Shown piece after piece: positions 10,056 through 18,245 of a DNA stretch of 25,721 nucleotides. The position numbers and the translations under genes are program-made. Every line of letters starts with the position of its first letter. Within the stretch, counting starts at the first letter, position 1. Where the stretch lies: positions 1 through 25,721 of the forward strand of contig JBBIJB010000032.1 in the NCBI GenBank assembly GCA_037446215.1, written 5' to 3'. The notes under the pieces are model-generated. The model searched no databases and had not been told where the DNA came from. It saw nothing but the letters and a program-made list of their open reading frames with translations. This DNA is from Armatimonadota bacterium (GTDB taxonomy: Bacteria; Sysuimicrobiota; Sysuimicrobiia; Sysuimicrobiales; Humicultoraceae).

Positions 10056-12125
10056 CTAGTCGCGCGAGGGCCACCTGATGATCGTATGGGCCGGCGCAGA
10101 GCGCTCCGCGGAGCCGCGCAGGGCCACCGCCGTTATCGTCAGCGTCCCTGCCCTGGGCAGCCTGGGAAGCCTGATGCTCAGTTCCCACTCGCCCTTGGCG
10201 GTTACCGACACCAGGGCTGGCCCGAACACCTCCGGCTCTGCTCCCGGACCCCTCTCCCTCAGCTCCACCGTTACGACCACCCGTGCCTCTGCGGCCGTCC
10301 CCCTGATGGTCAGCGTCCGTTCGATCTCGTCGCCGGGCTTTGGCGAGAGGATCACCGGCGGCGCGATCTGGAGACCAGGGGGCGGCGATGGTGGCTGGAG
10401 CCCCGGGGGCCTCGGAGTATCCGCCGGGGTCGGGGTTACAGACGGCGTTGGGCGTGAAGAAGGTGGAGGGGGCGGTGGAGGCGGTGGAGGCGGCGGTGGC
10501 ACGGGCCGGTCTATCCTGAACGCCCAGCCGGCGGTCGCCTCGTTGCCCGCGAGATCCGCTACGCGAACGTTCACACGGACCAGCCCGGGCGCGAGCGGCT
10601 CCCGCGGGGTGTAGCGCGCTTCGGTGTCGCCGACCGACAGCCTCCCGACCTCCTCGCCGTTCACCCACATCCGCACCGAGTTCCGGTCGATGCCGGCAGG
10701 TCCCCTGTCCACGTATCTAATCGAGATGGCCGGTTGGTCCTCCCTGGTTTGGGATCCATGCGGCGGAGAGGAGTAGGTAAACTCGGGCACTATGCCGTCG
10801 AGCGTGACCCGGCCCGCGTGGCGCTCGGTGTCGATCCGCCCCGCGCGCAGGTGTACCGTCACCGGGACGCGGTCGAACTCCTCCTCGGCCCTCACGGTGT
10901 GCCTGCCCACATACCGCCCGGGTGGACCCTCGACCATCGAGATCCTGGTGCCCATGCGGCCTATCTCGAACCAGGCGCTCCCTCCCGGGGTCCCGCGCAT
11001 GGTCACGACCAGCTGCTGGCCGATCCCAAGCGGCCCCGCCGAGTTGATTGAAGCCGACTCGATGCCTGGGGTCGGAGCGGGTCGCGGCGGGGGCGGAGGC
11101 GGCGGCAGGCCCGCGCTTCTAGCGACGACCTCCCACACCTCGCCGGTCCTCGGGTTGAGGCGCAGGCTTACCTCCAACCCCTGGCGCATGAGGTCTCGCG
11201 TAACCTCCCGCCCGTCGAGGATGAACAACGGCTCCGCCCCCAGGCGCAGGACCTGGCCGTCGAGGAGGTAGAGAAGCTGCATCGCGAATCCCTGTATTCG
11301 CCCCTCCGACTCCTTGTAGGTGGCGCGGACGGTCAGGGCGTTGCCGAATCGGTCAGCGGACACCTGAGCGTGATCGCCTCTGTGAACCTGCGCAAGGCCT
11401 GCCGATCCGCCTCGGCCCGTGGCCGCCTCGAACACGAACACGGTGGTTGCCGCGGTCACGTTGAAACTTGCCAGGCCTGCGTCCACCCAGAGGTGCAGCC
11501 GCTGCGGGACCGTATGCACGTCGACACGCGCCACGGTTCCCTCGGCCGCATAGGTCGGTGCCGGCGTGGGCGGCGGTGGTATGACCGGCAGAGGCCTTGG
11601 GGGCTCGGGGGCCGGAGGGGGCGTTGGTGTCGGCTGGGAGGGCAGCGGGATTGGCCTGGGCAAAGCCGGGGGTCTCTCCGCGCCCGGCGGGGCGCGCCGG
11701 GCAGACCTTACATAGACCACCCGCCCGACCGGCTCCCAGTCGACGCCGGCCCCCAGCGCCTCGGCGACGAAACGGAGCGGAATCATGGTGCGCCCGCCCA
11801 CTATTATCGCCGGGACGTCGAGGCGCACGGAGTCGCCGTCGACGCTGGCGATCGGGTCTCCGGGCCGCAGCACGATCGTGGTCCCACCGCGACGCGCTAT
11901 CACCTGCCTCTGGAAGGGATCCCAGTCAACGGTGGCGCCCAGGCGCTCGAAGACGCCTCGCAGCGGTATCAGAACGCGGCCCCCCGTCACCACGGGCGGC
12001 TGGTCGAACGGCACACCGCGGCCGTCCACGATTACCGTTACCGCCTGCGCGGCCGCCGGCGGGGGCGATGCCACGCCGAGCAGCAGCAGGGCGGCAACAA
12101 CCCCGACGGCAGAGCGGTGACTCAT
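10056..12125 (-). CDS. Secreted Pro-rich protein with copper amine oxidase-like N-terminal (stalk) domain and beta-rich/Ig-like domains
   Basis: Signal peptide (..PPPAAAQA), then VTVIVDGRGVPFDQPP..GRVLIPLRGVFERLGATVDWD..DVPAIIVGGRTMIPLRFVAEALGAGVDW, Pro linkers, and an Ig-like VADLAGN motif. GAGGAGG RBS before ATG 12125. Confidence 0.85.
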   Translation of the reverse strand: MSHRSAVGVVAALLLLGVASPPPAAAQAVTVIVDGRGVPFDQPPVVTGGRVLIPLRGVFERLGATVDWDPFQRQVIARRGGTTIVLRPGDPIASVDGDSVRLDVPAIIVGGRTMIPLRFVAEALGAGVDWEPVGRVVYVRSARRAPPGAERPPALPRPIPLPSQPTPTPPPAPEPPRPLPVIPPPPTPAPTYAAEGTVARVDVHTVPQRLHLWVDAGLASFNVTAATTVFVFEAATGRGGSAGLAQVHRGDHAQVSADRFGNALTVRATYKESEGRIQGFAMQLLYLLDGQVLRLGAEPLFILDGREVTRDLMRQGLEVSLRLNPRTGEVWEVVARSAGLPPPPPPPRPAPTPGIESASINSAGPLGIGQQLVVTMRGTPGGSAWFEIGRMGTRISMVEGPPGRYVGRHTVRAEEEFDRVPVTVHLRAGRIDTERHAGRVTLDGIVPEFTYSSPPHGSQTREDQPAISIRYVDRGPAGIDRNSVRMWVNGEEVGRLSVGDTEARYTPREPLAPGLVRVNVRVADLAGNEATAGWAFRIDRPVPPPPPPPPPPPPPSSRPTPSVTPTPADTPRPPGLQPPSPPPGLQIAPPVILSPKPGDEIERTLTIRGTAAEARVVVTVELRERGPGAEPEVFGPALVSVTAKGEWELSIRLPRLPRAGTLTITAVALRGSAERSAPAHTIIRWPSRD
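10462..10500 (-). repeat. CCN poly-proline coding tract
   Basis: GGTGGAGGGGGCGGTGGAGGCGGTGGAGGCGGCGGTGG on + encodes a run of about 13 Pro in the stalk protein. Confidence 0.8.
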
Positions 12126-12160
12126 CTCGGTCCCTCCTCTGTGCCTTCTCACCCTCTGTG

Positions 12161-12186
12161 TACGCAGGACAACTCCCCGGAGTTCG
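12161..12186 (-). promoter_or_regulatory. candidate ECF-sigma promoter of the stalk-domain gene
   Basis: Minus strand cGAAC, 17 nt, CGTA, 35 nt before the ATG; resembles the motif upstream of the ECF sigma gene. Confidence 0.4.
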
Positions 12187-12203
12187 CGCCTCGGTGCTGC
12201 CTG

Positions 12204-12827
12204 TCAGGCGTCTTGAGAAGCGAGGTCGGCCTGCCACTCCTCCCAGAGTGCCTCGACCTGCGCGCGGGTGGCCGACCTCGGACCTCCGTTGTCTATCACC
12301 CAGTCGGCCTCCGCGGCCTTCTGGCGGAGAGGCCTCTGCGACCGCAGCCGCTCTCCCGCCTCGCTCTCCGTGAGCGCCTCCCTGGCGATCAGCCGGGCAA
12401 GCTGGGTGGCCTCATCTACGGAGACCACGACCACGCCGTCGAGCGAGAAGGCCTCGGGCCCGACGGTGTCCAGGAGGAGCGGCAAGTCCACGACGACGAC
12501 CGCATCCCGCCCGCCGGCTCTCACAGAGCCGATCATCTGGACGATCCGATGCCCTATCAGGGGGTGGAGGATCGCGTTGAGGCGCAGCCTGGCTCCTCGG
12601 TCGGCGAAGATGCTGCTCGCCAGCCGCCGCCTGTCGAGCGTTCCATCTGGAAGCAGGATGGACCGCCCGAACGCCTCGGCTATCCCCCGAAGCCCCTCGG
12701 TGCCGGGCCCAGTCACCTCCCGGGCTATCGCGTCCGAGTCGATGACGACCGCGCCGAGCTCGCGCAGGAGCCCGGCGACGAGGCTCTTACCGCTGGCTAT
12801 CCCGCCGGTCAGGCCGTAGACCCGCAC
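12204..12827 (-). CDS. coaE: Dephospho-CoA kinase
   Basis: YGLTGGIASGKS, VIDSDAIAREV, LDRRRLAS.IF, LNAILHPLI, ADWVIDN; follows polA. Start GTG 12827 (alternative ATG 12845). Confidence 0.95.
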   Translation of the reverse strand: MRVYGLTGGIASGKSLVAGLLRELGAVVIDSDAIAREVTGPGTEGLRGIAEAFGRSILLPDGTLDRRRLASSIFADRGARLRLNAILHPLIGHRIVQMIGSVRAGGRDAVVVVDLPLLLDTVGPEAFSLDGVVVVSVDEATQLARLIAREALTESEAGERLRSQRPLRQKAAEADWVIDNGGPRSATRAQVEALWEEWQADLASQDA

Positions 12828-12837
12828 ACGTCCCCGT

Positions 12838-15447
12838 CTACCCATCCAGCGGCCGCATCTCGGCCCAGTTGGGGCCGGCCTTCGCCTCGGCGATCAGGGG
12901 CACATCGAGTGGGTAGGCCCGCTCCATCACCGTGCGCACCTCCGCGGCGACCGGTGCCAGATCCCCCAGCGGGACCTCGAACAGGAGCTCGTCGTGTATC
13001 TGAAGCGTCATCCTCGTGCCCTCTCGCGAAGGGAGGATCTCGCGCGAAACGGCCAACATCGCGAGCTTTATGATGTCGGCGCTGGAGCCCTGGATCGGGG
13101 TGTTTATGGCAATTCGCTCCGCCGCCTCTCGAACCGCACGGTTCCGGCTGTGCAGGTCCGGCAGGTAGCGCCGGCGGCCCAGCACCGTCTCGACGCACCC
13201 GTCACGGCGGGCCTTCTCCACCACGGCCAGCATGTACGCGCGCACCCCGGGGAAGCGCGCGTAGTAGAGCTCGATGAAGCCCCGGGCCTCCTCTCGCGGT
13301 ATGCCCAGCTGTGACGCCAGGCCGTGCTCGCTCATGCCGTAGGCCACGCCGAAGACGATGGCCTTGGCGCGGCGACGTAGTTCAGGGGTTACCTGGCCCT
13401 GCGCCACGCCGAAGACCTCGGCCGCGGTCACGGAGTGGATGTCCTCTCCGTGCTCGAAGGCGGCGCGCAGTCCCGGGTCGCCCGCGATGTGCGCCAGGAC
13501 GCGAAGGTCGATCTGCGAGTAATCGACGCTCAGCAACGCGCAGCCCTGCGGTGCCACGATGGCCCGGCGGATCTTCCTGCCGTCCTCGGTCCGGATCGGC
13601 AGGCTCTGGAGATTCGGTTGCTCCGTTATTACCCGGCCTGTGCCGGCGAGGGTCTGGTTGAAGGTCGTGTGAGCGCGGCCCGTGTGCGGATCGGTCATCC
13701 TCGGAAGCACGTCCACGTAGGTGGACTTCAGCTTGCTCAGCGCCCTGTGCTCGACGATCATCGCGACGGCTTCGTGGCGGGGATTCAGGCTCTCGAGCAC
13801 CTCGGAGTCCGTTGAGTAGCCGGTCTTCGTGCGCTTCAGGGGTGGGAGCGACAGCTTCTCGAACAAGACGTGCGCGAGCTGCTTGGGGGAGGCTATGTTG
13901 AACTTCGTCCCGGCCGCCTCGTATATGCGGGCCTCGAGCGCGGCGAGCCTCCCGGCCATCTCCTCACCGAGCGACCGCAGGTAGTCGGCGTCGACCGCGA
14001 CGCCCGCCTCCTCCATATCCGCCAGGACCCCGGCGATCGGCACCTCGACCTCCCTGAAGAGCGCCAGGAGGCCCTGCTCCCGCATCCGCCCCTCGAGAAT
14101 CGGCCGCAGCTCGATCAGGGCACGCGCGGCCACCGGGACGCTCCTCCCCCCCAGCTCCTCGCCCAGGAACTCCTCCGAAGCGGTCTGGAGGGTGTGGGTG
14201 CGGCGTCCCGGGTTCAGCAGATACGAAGCTATCGAGACGTCGAAGTCGAAGCCCTGCGGCTCTACACCGGCGAGCCTCAGCGAGATGAGGTCCGACTTGA
14301 GGTCGGCGCTGGTCTTTCGGATGGAGGGGTCCTCGAGCGCTGAGCGCAGTCGCTGAGGCAGTGTCCCGGCGTCCAGCGCCACCCAGGCCGCCCGCGCCCC
14401 GGCGCGGCCGGCCGGATCAGCCGCCACGCCCACCTCCATCAGCCGGGCGCCAAGCGCGTGGCCGCCGTCCCTCACCAGCGCCACCCCGATCTCGCGCGCC
14501 CCCTCGAGGCATGCGGCAACCGCTTCCTCTCCCCCTGCGTAGCCGGGTGGCTCGCCGCCCTCCTGGGGCGCGACGGACGCCCGCAGCCTCTGGAGGAAGC
14601 CTCGGAACTCCAACTCCCGAAAGAGCGGCTCGACCGCGTCCAGATCGGGCTTGCCTGTGCGCAGCGTTGCCCAATCCGGATCAACGGGCGCGTCGTCCAC
14701 GATCGTCGCAAGCCGCTTGCTAACAAGCACCTGCTCGCGCGATGCGGACAGCGCCGCGCGCGTCCGCTCTGGGATCTCGTCGAGGTGCTCAAGGACGGAC
14801 TCCGCGCTCCCAAACCGCTGGATGAGGCCGCTGGCAGTCTTCTCGCCCACACCGGGAACGCCGGGTATGTTGTCGCTCGGGTCGCCGCGCAGGCTCTTGA
14901 AGTCGGGGAGCTTCTCGGGAGGGAATCCGAACCGCTCGCGCACCTTTGCCTGGTCGTACACGACGACCTCGGAGATCCCCCTGCCCGTCACCATCACGCG
15001 GACCTGCTCGTCGACGAGCTGTAGCGTGTCCAGGTCCCCGCTGACCACCAGGACGTCGAAGCCCCTCTCCTTGGCCTGCCGTGCGATCGTAGCGATGACA
15101 TCCTCGGCCTCGTACCCCTCGGCCGCGACCGCGGGTATCCCAAGAGCCTCCAGGGCCTGCCTGCTCAGGCCGACCTGCGGCTTGAGATCGTCGGGCATCG
15201 CCTCTCTGTGGGCCTTGTAGTCGGCGAACTCCTTGTGCCTGAAGGTCGGGGCCGGCAGGTCGAAGGCCGCGGCGATGTAGTCGGGGCGCTCCTCCTCGAG
15301 CACCTTGAGGACCATGGCCACCAACCCGTAGACGGCGTTGGTGGGCCTGCCGTCGGAGGTGGTCAGGTAGGGCAGGGCGTAGAATGCGCGGTAGATTAGG
15401 CCGTTTGTATCGAGGAGAACGACCTTGGGTGGGACTCGCTGGGACAC
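12838..15447 (-). CDS. polA: DNA polymerase I
   Basis: 5' nuclease (YRAFYALP, PTNAVYG, SGDLD, GDPSDNIPGVPGVGEKTA), degenerate 3'-5' exonuclease region, polymerase motifs DYSQIDLR, RRRAKAIVFG.AYG, INTPIQGSSADIIK, LQIHDELLFE. Start GTG 15447 (SD-like GGACGGTGAT) or ATG 15453. Confidence 0.96.
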   Translation of the reverse strand: MSQRVPPKVVLLDTNGLIYRAFYALPYLTTSDGRPTNAVYGLVAMVLKVLEEERPDYIAAAFDLPAPTFRHKEFADYKAHREAMPDDLKPQVGLSRQALEALGIPAVAAEGYEAEDVIATIARQAKERGFDVLVVSGDLDTLQLVDEQVRVMVTGRGISEVVVYDQAKVRERFGFPPEKLPDFKSLRGDPSDNIPGVPGVGEKTASGLIQRFGSAESVLEHLDEIPERTRAALSASREQVLVSKRLATIVDDAPVDPDWATLRTGKPDLDAVEPLFRELEFRGFLQRLRASVAPQEGGEPPGYAGGEEAVAACLEGAREIGVALVRDGGHALGARLMEVGVAADPAGRAGARAAWVALDAGTLPQRLRSALEDPSIRKTSADLKSDLISLRLAGVEPQGFDFDVSIASYLLNPGRRTHTLQTASEEFLGEELGGRSVPVAARALIELRPILEGRMREQGLLALFREVEVPIAGVLADMEEAGVAVDADYLRSLGEEMAGRLAALEARIYEAAGTKFNIASPKQLAHVLFEKLSLPPLKRTKTGYSTDSEVLESLNPRHEAVAMIVEHRALSKLKSTYVDVLPRMTDPHTGRAHTTFNQTLAGTGRVITEQPNLQSLPIRTEDGRKIRRAIVAPQGCALLSVDYSQIDLRVLAHIAGDPGLRAAFEHGEDIHSVTAAEVFGVAQGQVTPELRRRAKAIVFGVAYGMSEHGLASQLGIPREEARGFIELYYARFPGVRAYMLAVVEKARRDGCVETVLGRRRYLPDLHSRNRAVREAAERIAINTPIQGSSADIIKLAMLAVSREILPSREGTRMTLQIHDELLFEVPLGDLAPVAAEVRTVMERAYPLDVPLIAEAKAGPNWAEMRPLDG

Positions 15448-15453
15448 CCGCAT

Positions 15454-15487
15454 CACCGTCCGCTGCCTAGTATAACAGCGGACGGTG
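15454..15487 (-). promoter_or_regulatory. polA extended -10 promoter inside a perfect 12-bp inverted repeat
   Basis: Minus strand CACCGTCCGCTG-TTATACTAGG-CAGCGGACGGTG-ATG; TGtTATACT at 15477-15469. Confidence 0.6.
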
Positions 15488-15506
15488 CGGGCTGTCCGTC
15501 GACGAC

Positions 15507-16748
15507 CTACCCGGCCCTCTCCCTCCTCCCGACGATCCGCCTGAGGAGCAACCATGCCGCCGCACCCGCGAGGACCAGCGGCAGGAGGGCGGCGCCTAGC
15601 GCCACGACGGCCTCCAGGGCGGTGATCATCTGCCTGACGGTCTTGAGGAACGCCGCCTTCGCCCTCTCCAACGCCTGATCGAGGTCCCAGAACCCGCCTG
15701 ACTGCTCCTTGGGCTTCTGGGTGACCTCGACCCGTATCGTCGAGAGATCCACCTGGTCGCTGAGGTAGCGAAGCCTGCCGGTCAGGCGCTCTATCTCGCC
15801 CCGAATACGGGCCACCTCACCCTCGAGCTCCATCAGGTCGGCGATCTTCGTGGCGCGCTCGACGAGCGAGAGCAGGCGGGTCTCGTGACGCTCCAGGTTG
15901 CGCTTGCGCGCCTCGAGGTCTACGAACTGCTCGGTTACGTCTTGACCCTCGACCTGCCGGCGCTGCACCTTCCCCAGCTTCTCTATCTGGCGGAGCACCT
16001 CGCCGAACGCCGATGCCGGCACCCGGAGAACGAGCGTCCCCCGCGGCCCGTCTCCCGGGTCCGAGTACGAGGAGCTGGCCACGAATCCACCGGTCCTCTC
16101 GGCGATTTCGAGCAGGCTGCGGGCCGCGCTGTCAAATACCTCGACCTCGATCTCGATCTCACCGGTCTTTATTACCCGTCGCAGTGAGGCCGCGTCTCCT
16201 AGGGGGGGGAGTGCCGCCGCGTCGCCCCGCGTATCGTCCCCGGCACCGGGCTTTCCCACGGCGGTCTGTGTCGCTTCGGGCCGGAGGAACCTGACCTTCA
16301 GCCCAATCCCGGACCCCTCGCCCCTGTCTACCTCAGCCCTGTCTCTCTCAATGCGCGGGAAGGGAATCTCCACGCGCCGGGCAACGCTGAACAGCGGGGC
16401 CTGCAGGACGATGTTGGCGGTGAAGACGACAACGAGCGCCACCGCGGCGGCCGCCGTTGCGGTGCGCCAAGACCACCTGGGGGCGCGGAGCAACCCGCCT
16501 ATCCTCTCAAGGAGCCCGGGCGCCGAGCGAAGCCGCTCGAGCCGTGCCCTCACCGCGGCCGCGAACCCCTCGGGGGCCCGTGGCGGCTCTGCCTCGCGCA
16601 GCAGGGCGACGGTGGCGCGCATGCGCTCCAGCTCCTCCCTGCACTCTACGCAGCCCTCAAGGTGAGCCCGCAGACGGCTCCCCTCGTCCTCCGTCAGTTC
16701 GTCGTCGAGCAGGGCCGACAGCCTTGCCAGTGCCTCCTCGTGCCTCAT
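15507..16748 (-). CDS. Zinc-finger (zf-HC2/ZAS) anti-sigma factor with C-terminal DUF4349-like domain
   Basis: LSALLDDEL..HLEGCVEC (HxxxCxxC), TM helix, then RRVIKTGEIEIEV..GGFVASS..LVLRVP..GQDVTEQFVDLEAR..GEIERLTGRLRYLSDQVDLSTI, and a C-terminal TM. Directly downstream of the ECF sigma gene. Confidence 0.85.
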   Translation of the reverse strand: MRHEEALARLSALLDDELTEDEGSRLRAHLEGCVECREELERMRATVALLREAEPPRAPEGFAAAVRARLERLRSAPGLLERIGGLLRAPRWSWRTATAAAAVALVVVFTANIVLQAPLFSVARRVEIPFPRIERDRAEVDRGEGSGIGLKVRFLRPEATQTAVGKPGAGDDTRGDAAALPPLGDAASLRRVIKTGEIEIEVEVFDSAARSLLEIAERTGGFVASSSYSDPGDGPRGTLVLRVPASAFGEVLRQIEKLGKVQRRQVEGQDVTEQFVDLEARKRNLERHETRLLSLVERATKIADLMELEGEVARIRGEIERLTGRLRYLSDQVDLSTIRVEVTQKPKEQSGGFWDLDQALERAKAAFLKTVRQMITALEAVVALGAALLPLVLAGAAAWLLLRRIVGRRERAG

Positions 16749-16758
16749 CCTCGTCTCC

Positions 16759-17295
16759 TCAACCGGCGATCTCGCCGATAAGCTCGCGCAGGGCCAGGCG
16801 GCCGCGGCTCAGCCGTGACCTGACGGTGCCCTTCGGCACCCGCAGGATGCTCGCGATCTCCTCGTAGGCGAGGCCCTGCATATCCCTCAGCACGACGGCC
16901 ACCCGGAACTCAAGGGGCAGGCGCGCCAGCGCAGAGTGAACCCGGCGCCAGAGCTCGCGCCGATCGAACTCGGACTCGGTGTCCGTGGAAGCCGGGCAGT
17001 CCTCCGCGAGATCGAGGGGCGGATCGGCCGCCCTCCTGCGCACGAGATCTGTGGCCGCGTTGGCGGCGATCCTGTAGAGCCAGGTCGAGAACGCCGCCCT
17101 GCCCTCGAAGCGAGCCAGCGACTGAAACGCCCTAACGAACGCCTCCTGCGCTGCGTCTGCGGCGTCCTCGCTGTTGCCCGTTATCCGGAGGCACAGGCCG
17201 TAGATCCGGTCCTGGCCGGCCACGACGAGCGCCTCGAAGGCGTCGAGGTCGCCGCGACGTGACCGTCCTATGAGTTCGCGCTCGTCGTGGCCCAC
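16759..17295 (-). CDS. ECF RNA polymerase sigma factor (SigW/RpoE-like)
   Basis: GDLDAFEALV, DAADAAQEAFVRAF, FSTWLYRIAAN, LAYEEIASILRVPKGTVRSRLSRGR; GGAGGAG RBS before GTG. Confidence 0.93.
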   Translation of the reverse strand: MGHDERELIGRSRRGDLDAFEALVVAGQDRIYGLCLRITGNSEDAADAAQEAFVRAFQSLARFEGRAAFSTWLYRIAANAATDLVRRRAADPPLDLAEDCPASTDTESEFDRRELWRRVHSALARLPLEFRVAVVLRDMQGLAYEEIASILRVPKGTVRSRLSRGRLALRELIGEIAG

Positions 17296-17325
17296 CCGCT
17301 CCTCCCACTCTGGCTTCCTGTCTGG

Positions 17326-17353
17326 TTAGACGCTCTGGGCCTCAGGAAGTTCC
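17326..17353 (-). promoter_or_regulatory. ECF-type (probably autoregulatory) promoter
   Basis: Minus strand GGAAC (17353-17349), 16 nt, CGTCTAA (17332-17326), 30 nt before the sigma start codon. Confidence 0.65.
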
Positions 17354-17377
17354 CGGGCCTGGGGGGTCGAGCCTCCG

Positions 17378-17386
17378 TGATATACT
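17378..17386 (+). promoter_or_regulatory. extended -10 promoter of tRNA-Leu
   Basis: TGaTATACT 9 nt upstream of the mature tRNA. Confidence 0.6.
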
Positions 17387-17395
17387 TACGCGTGG

Positions 17396-17483
17396 GCCGG
17401 GCTGGCGGAATCTGGCAGACGCGGACGACTCAAAATCGTCTGGGCTGACGCCCTTGGGGGTTCGAGTCCCTCGCCCGGCACCA
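17396..17483 (+). tRNA. tRNA-Leu (CAA)
   Basis: GCCGGGC acceptor stem, TGGCGGAATCTGGCAGACGC D-arm, GACGA-CTCAAAA-TCGTC anticodon arm, long variable arm, GTTCGAGTC, ends ACCA. Confidence 0.96.
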
Positions 17484-17511
17484 GCGCCTCGCGCCCGCGA
17501 GGACGCACCGT

Positions 17512-18237
17512 CTACGGCTCTGCGGGCTTGGCATACTCCAGCTTGAGTGTGCCGCGGTAGGCCGGCACGGTGAGCTCGGCGTTCCGCGTGATCGTGATCG
17601 ATAGCCCTAGCGCCCGCAGCCCTTCGACGAGACCGCCGGGTATGGTGAGGGCACCCTCTATGGTCGAGGCATCGCCCAGCGCGACGACGGCGAAGGGCCC
17701 CCTCAAGCGCTGCAGGTTTACGACCACGGTGCCGCCCACCTGTCCGAACCCGGTCGTAGCCATCACACGCTGGCCGTTGACGGCCACCGCCTCGCTGCCC
17801 GCGGCCCACAACTCGTTGATGACGCTCACGAGGTCCTGGTAGGTGACCGTGATAGTGCTGCCGGCCGGTGGCTGCGGCGCGGCATCTCTCAGCGTGACCA
17901 CGACGCCAGGTCCCCGCATCGCCCTCATCCCCGCGACCGCGCGCAGGCTCTCCAGCTCGTTGCGAAGGGCCGCGTTGAGCGTCTTCCCTTCCACCGCCGA
18001 ACGCTCGTACTCCGTGAGGCGACGCCGCATCTCCTCCAACGCCCGTTCCAGATCCACCCTTGAGTCGCGCTCCTTGCGCAGTAGCGTTGCCATCGCGTAG
18101 ACGTTCCGGGTGGGGACCTCGGGCTGCTGGGAGAAACTGCGGCTGGCGCGGAGCTGTACGACGAAGAGAAACCCCAGCGCCAGCAACACGAAGGCGGCCA
18201 CGACCTGAAGCCCTGACAGTCGGCGCATCTCTGCCAC
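17512..18237 (-). CDS. DUF881 family membrane-anchored coiled-coil protein
   Basis: N-terminal TM (LALGFLFVVQL), coiled coil, GPGVVVTLRD, DLVSVINELWAAGSEAVAVNGQRV, PF.VVALGD. Start 18237 or 18228. Confidence 0.88.
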   Translation of the reverse strand: MAEMRRLSGLQVVAAFVLLALGFLFVVQLRASRSFSQQPEVPTRNVYAMATLLRKERDSRVDLERALEEMRRRLTEYERSAVEGKTLNAALRNELESLRAVAGMRAMRGPGVVVTLRDAAPQPPAGSTITVTYQDLVSVINELWAAGSEAVAVNGQRVMATTGFGQVGGTVVVNLQRLRGPFAVVALGDASTIEGALTIPGGLVEGLRALGLSITITRNAELTVPAYRGTLKLEYAKPAEP

Positions 18238-18245
18238 CCCTAGGA

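Noticed and set aside
10462..11640. GGN-rich repeats as a CRISPR array or VNTR
   Set aside because: Explained by poly-Pro codons; no repeat-spacer periodicity.
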